Shown here one piece after another: positions 39,929 through 42,717 of a DNA stretch of 42,717 nucleotides; the stretch's first letter is position 1, and each line of letters opens with the position of its first letter. The stretch lies in sequence record SRR22947727_660. One strand, 5' to 3'. A program made the position numbers and the translations under genes. The notes under the pieces are model-generated. The model searched no databases. It saw only the letters and a program-made list of their open reading frames with translations, and was not told the DNA's origin.

Positions 39929-41356
39929 ATGGCAAATAGAGATTTTCGAATCACCCAAGGACTTTTAGTCGGTGATTCAGATTTACATTTTAGTCTCGTT
40001 GGTAACACTTCATTAAAGTTAAAAAATAATGCAACTATTTCTATAGGTGACGCAGCTGTCGTAAAAGCAGGTGACAATGTTGATACCTTGGTTAACAATG
40101 CTAATTATTTAACTCCAAGTTCATTAACAGTTCTTAGGTCGGACATTGATTCAGATAGTGCAGCTATTCAAGCTGCTAAGACAGATTTAGCTGCGTTTAA
40201 ATCTGCTACTATTGGCAAACTGGATTCAGATTCAACTAAGATTCAAAGTTTAGGAACTCAAGTTGAAGTTATCCATACGAGATTAGATTCTGATCACGAT
40301 TTAATGAAATCAAAAATATCAAGTGGTTTATTAAATTTAGCTGACTCAGATCTTTTAACGTTTCAATTAGATCAAAAAGTAGCTGGATTAATAGCTAGGT
40401 TAGATTCTGATTCAATAGTTCAACAAACTATTAAGACTCAAGTTTTTCCAAGGTTAGATTCAGACGAAGCTAAACTACAGACAATCAAATCTGAATTAAA
40501 TGCTGAAATTACAGCTACCAATACAGATATAACTGCTATCAAAGGTAGATTAGATTCAGATAGTTCTAAGATTGAATCTTTAGGTATAGCGATCGCAGCT
40601 GAGACAACTGCAAGAGAAGCAGCTGTAACAGGTATTAGATCTGATTTAGATTCTGATTCTGCTGCAATTCAAGTATTGTCAGGATTAGTAAGTGGTAATA
40701 GTGCTTCACTCAGAGGAGATTTAGATTCAGATAGCGCAGCTATTCAAGCTGTTAAAACTGATCTAGCATCTTTTAAATCTTTAGTCAATGCAAGATTAGA
40801 TTCAGACGATGGAGCTATTCAAGCTGCTGCAAGTGCAGGAGCAGCTGCTGCTTCTGGTGCTCAAGCTAGAGCGGATGCTGCGCATGCAAGATTAGATTCT
40901 GATGCTGAAAGATTTACAAGGTTACAAACTATTGTAGATGGTATTAGATCTGATAATGATTCTGATGTATCGCGCATTTCTACTTTCAACGAGGGAATAT
41001 CACTTGGTGTAAATTCTGCTAATACTAATGGAATGGTTGTTATTGAACCACATACATTAACAACAGCAGCAACCGACCAAGTTGATATATACACTCATAC
41101 AGCGAGTGCGCTAAAAGGCTTAAAGCTAATAGTAACTGCTGCAAATACTGTTTCAGGTGAAAGACACATTACTGAACTCTTAGTAACACACGATGGAACT
41201 AACGTCGCGTTTGTAGAGTATGGTACAGTTTTTACTGGTGCAGCTGCATTAGCTACTTACGATATTGATATTAATACTGGAAATATTAGATTAAGGACTA
41301 CTCCTGCTAGTGCTAACTCTACTACGTTTACTGTATTAGAATCATATACTGTATAA
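39929..41356 (+). CDS. coiled-coil fibre protein with LDSD repeats
   Basis: MA..DF.I..GL.VG N-terminus, an Ala/Leu-rich coiled coil and a C-terminal E.LV.HDGT...EYG domain. 13 DSD in total. AAGGAG RBS. Confidence 0.75.
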   Translation: MANRDFRITQGLLVGDSDLHFSLVGNTSLKLKNNATISIGDAAVVKAGDNVDTLVNNANYLTPSSLTVLRSDIDSDSAAIQAAKTDLAAFKSATIGKLDSDSTKIQSLGTQVEVIHTRLDSDHDLMKSKISSGLLNLADSDLLTFQLDQKVAGLIARLDSDSIVQQTIKTQVFPRLDSDEAKLQTIKSELNAEITATNTDITAIKGRLDSDSSKIESLGIAIAAETTAREAAVTGIRSDLDSDSAAIQVLSGLVSGNSASLRGDLDSDSAAIQAVKTDLASFKSLVNARLDSDDGAIQAAASAGAAAASGAQARADAAHARLDSDAERFTRLQTIVDGIRSDNDSDVSRISTFNEGISLGVNSANTNGMVVIEPHTLTTAATDQVDIYTHTASALKGLKLIVTAANTVSGERHITELLVTHDGTNVAFVEYGTVFTGAAALATYDIDINTGNIRLRTTPASANSTTFTVLESYTV

Positions 41357-41370
41357 AATAACCGACCTTA

Positions 41371-41394
41371 AGGGGTAGCGCTAGCGCTACCCCT
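41371..41394 (+). terminator. perfect 24-bp GC-rich palindrome (hairpin; terminator or processing site)
   Basis: aggggtagcgct|agcgctacccct, intergenic, 14 nt after the stop. No clear U-tract follows. Confidence 0.5.
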
Positions 41395-41427
41395 CTATAT
41401 TATGACTTTGGGGAAAGTGAACCGAAG

Positions 41428-42075
41428 ATGGCTAGTAAGAATTTTTTAATTAAAAAAGGTCTTACGGTTGGTGATAGCGACTTACATGTAAGCAATAATC
41501 GTGCAAGTGTCAAAAACCTAACCGTAGGTAATGTTGAGTTCCCAGCTGACATAGGAACCCAAGACCAAATTCTTCGTGTTGACGGAGGAGTTGTTAGCTT
41601 TGGTAATCTAACTTCCGATCTTGTCATAGGTAACGCAGGCTTTGACTCAGATCAAATAAAAGCAATTTTAACAGAGAATCATGCAAAAGTTGATTCTGAT
41701 GCAATTGTTAATCTTGTAAATGAAAATGTTAGTCAAGGTAATATTGTTGATGCTAATGGATCTTTAGGTTATGATTCAGATCAAATAGTTTCAATAATAA
41801 ATGAAAATGTTGTTGCAGCTATTTCACCTTCTATATCAACAACAATTGAAAATTATAAATTTATATGTACATCTGGCCAAACTTCATTTTCAGGAAATGA
41901 TTCAAATGGAGCTTCACTTTCATATACTGTAAATTCAATACAAGTATTCTTAAATGGAATCAAATTAGATTCTACAGACTTCACAGCTACAAATGGTACT
42001 TCTGTTATATTGACAGAACCAACACAAGAAAATGCGGAACTGTTAGTAGATGCTTTCAAGATAATATTTTCTTAA
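41428..42075 (+). CDS. virion structural / fibre-associated protein
   Basis: N-terminus MASKNFLIKKGLTVGDSDLH is paralogous to that of 39929. C-terminal T.GQT.F...Y....V.LNG..L...DF.ATNGTS module is common in phage fibres. Confidence 0.65.
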   Translation: MASKNFLIKKGLTVGDSDLHVSNNRASVKNLTVGNVEFPADIGTQDQILRVDGGVVSFGNLTSDLVIGNAGFDSDQIKAILTENHAKVDSDAIVNLVNENVSQGNIVDANGSLGYDSDQIVSIINENVVAAISPSISTTIENYKFICTSGQTSFSGNDSNGASLSYTVNSIQVFLNGIKLDSTDFTATNGTSVILTEPTQENAELLVDAFKIIFS

Positions 42076-42161
42076 AAAATATATTTTTTTTATTGGTTAA
42101 ACGTATTAACACAGATACGTTTTATTAAATAAATGGTACAAAAAATTAAGAGGAATTAATA

Positions 42162-42717
42162 ATGAGTAATGGAAGAAAGATCGCAGACCTAGTTGTAGGT
42201 ACAAACGTAAAGGTTACACAAATTGATTCTGATTTAGACAATACAATAAGTTTATTAAAAACAAGATTAGATTCTGATGATGCTAAATTACAATCGTTAG
42301 ATACAGCAATTAATGCTGGTATTGTAAATCTTGTTGATTCTGATTTAATTATAAATCAATTACAATCAAAAATTAATTCTGCTATATCAAATGTTGATTC
42401 AGATTCTACAGCTTTACAAGCTGCTAATACACAAATAAGTTTAATAAAATCTAGATTAGATTCTGATCAAGGTAGAGTACAAGCTCTTAGTACATCCTTA
42501 GCATCAGAAATATTATCAACAAATACAGACATAAGTGCAATCAAAGGAAGATTAGATTCTGACGATGGTAGACTTCAAGCTCTAGATTCTAGTATTACTG
42601 TGTTGAAATCTAGATTAGATTCAGATGAAACAACAATACAATCAGCTAAAACTCTTATAGGTCAAGCTGTATCAAGTCAAGGAATGGCAGATTCTGATTT
42701 AAAAGTAGTTGCTGATT
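42162..42717 (+). CDS. coiled-coil fibre protein with RLDSD repeats (partial, runs off window end; absent from the ORF track)
   Basis: Manual translation MSNGRKIADLVVGTNVKVTQIDSDLDNTISLLKTRLDSDDAKLQ...IKGRLDSDDGRLQ..., open to the window end. GAGGA RBS and 8 DSD in ~185 aa. Confidence 0.82.
   Translation, partial: MSNGRKIADLVVGTNVKVTQIDSDLDNTISLLKTRLDSDDAKLQSLDTAINAGIVNLVDSDLIINQLQSKINSAISNVDSDSTALQAANTQISLIKSRLDSDQGRVQALSTSLASEILSTNTDISAIKGRLDSDDGRLQALDSSITVLKSRLDSDETTIQSAKTLIGQAVSSQGMADSDLKVVAD

Noticed and set aside
2037-42059. Short antisense and alternate-frame ORFs in the track (e.g. 2037-2246, 3183-3497, 21088-21618, 23101-23460, 30540-30743, 33057-33293, 41400-41627)
   Set aside because: They lie on top of well-supported genes and have no recognisable motifs, so they are treated as shadow ORFs.
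3384-42717. Abundant GATTC/GACTC (GANTC, a CcrM/HinfI-type site) as a DNA-level explanation for the DSD motif
   Set aside because: Many copies use AGT/AGC Ser codons (gatagtgat, gacagtgaa) that lack GANTC. The pattern is locked to one reading frame and to a third residue of D/E, so it is a protein-level signal.
39929-42717. Recurrent agattagattc(a/t)ga units resembling a CRISPR or DNA repeat array
   Set aside because: The units are short, degenerate at synonymous positions, spaced by multiples of 3 and inside open frames. They are coding repeats (RLDSD), and no cas genes are present.

Overview
This is an AT-rich segment of a large T4-like myovirus genome. The gene content resembles marine T4-like phages, but the host cannot be established from sequence alone. 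From left to right it holds a partial minus-strand fibre gene, a SleB-type cell-wall hydrolase, baseplate genes (gp25, gp6, gp7-like, gp8), a VrlC/DUF4815-like structural protein split into two ORFs, gp9/gp10-like proteins, gp14, gp15 and fibre/structural genes. Next comes a ~16 kb tightly coupled enzyme island: 7 radical SAM proteins, 3 GT-A-like glycosyltransferases, 3 2OG-Fe(II)/Asp-hydroxylase-like oxygenases, and methyltransferase-like, GNAT-like, kinase-like and thioesterase genes. The window ends with terminase gp16/gp17 and coiled-coil fibre genes. T4-type late promoters (TATAAATA) precede several units. The most striking observation is a D-S-[D/E] tripeptide. By manual count it occurs about 90 times across 13 virion proteins, many of them unrelated, and is encoded by varied synonymous codons. 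It occurs zero times in ~6,200 aa of the contiguous non-structural block (21059-39418). Together with the embedded enzyme island, this suggests (inference only) a phage-encoded system that chemically decorates the virion surface at a DS[D/E] sequon. No rRNA, tRNA or CRISPR was seen.
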